Assembly: GCA_043804695.1 (NCBI GenBank) | Contig: JAZDIV010000021.1 | Coordinates: 1-16,582, forward strand | Direction: 5' to 3' | DNA: 16,582 bases | DNA from: PVC group bacterium | Lineage (GTDB): Bacteria; Auribacterota; Erginobacteria; Erginobacterales; Erginobacteraceae | In this document: positions 16,160 through 16,582 of the stretch, one piece after another | Position numbering within the stretch: position 1 is the first letter of the stretch | How the letters are laid out: the number at the start of each line of letters is the position of its first letter | Program-made: the position numbers and the translations under genes | Notes under the pieces: generated by a model | What the model was told of the DNA's origin: nothing | What the model saw: only the letters and a program-made list of their open reading frames with translations | Database searches by the model: none

Positions 16160-16406
16160 TCCTGATTTAAAGTTGTCACTTTTTACCGGTTAAAACGTCG
16201 TCATACTAAGATCCCTGCCGCTTTATGCGGCAGGTGAATCAATTCTTAGGCTATCAAATTATAGCAGCTCAGAACTTTCTCCCCTGCCGCGTAAAGCGGC
16301 AGGGGCCGTGTTGGGTTTTGTCCCATTCAATTAGCTTAGCGAACTTTCATTCCCCGGGGATAAACCCCGGGGGGATGTGTTTTATCTGTGACAACTTATA
16401 TCAGGA
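16160..16406. mobile_element. Putative MITE with imperfect TIRs enclosing three REP-like hairpins
   Basis: TCCTGATTTAAAGTTGTCAC (16160-16179) / GTGACAACTTATATCAGGA (16388-16406); hairpins at 16214-16234, 16281-16305, 16352-16372. Confidence 0.55.
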
Positions 16407-16489
16407 CGGCACCGGTTCGTTCGACGTTCGACCCGCCGCCGCCCTGCGGGCTATGGCGGGTACATGTTCGATATCCAGTTATTTTTCAA

Positions 16490-16544
16490 CCTTCTCCCCT
16501 TTGTGGGAGAGGGTGGCCGAACGAAGTGAGGCCGGGTGAGGGGG
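16490..16544. repeat. CCCCTCACCC...CTCTCCC-type double-hairpin repeat
   Basis: CCTTCTCCCCTTTGTGGGAGAGGGTGGCCGAACGAAGTGAGGCCGGGTGAGGGGG. Confidence 0.7.
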
Positions 16545-16582
16545 CTGGTGCTCCCGGATCGGGGCACTATGCGCTATGCTCC

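Noticed and set aside
16225..16539. 104-aa plus-strand ORF
   Set aside because: Runs through several repeat hairpins, has no recognisable motif, and no SD was seen.

Overview
GC-rich bacterial chromosomal window with AT-rich intergenic spacers. It carries a conserved translation cluster on the + strand: rpmE-prfA-prmC-murA-ffh-rpsP-khpA-trmD-rplS-rnhB, then yraN. rimM is absent, and the order resembles the Chlamydia/PVC arrangement. Minus-strand genes are a 151-aa internally deleted dihydrolipoamide-dehydrogenase-like ORF, a CLC-CBS channel/transporter, a secreted papain-like C1A peptidase with six 40-aa FG-GAP-like repeats, a TrmH methyltransferase and a GT-B/arabinokinase-N-like protein. 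The most unusual signal is non-coding. Nearly every intergenic gap holds small non-autonomous repeat elements of several families (GTAG-REP doublet, GTCATTGCGAG palindromes, TIR-bounded MITEs, inverted 7/8/9-mer tandem arrays, short CC-N3-GG hairpins), often nested inside one another. One case has three tiers and a clean 4-bp target duplication in a REP loop. rpsP has an in-frame TAG before its expected C-terminal helix and a 12-nt duplication near its start. No transposase, CRISPR array, tRNA or rRNA was recognised.
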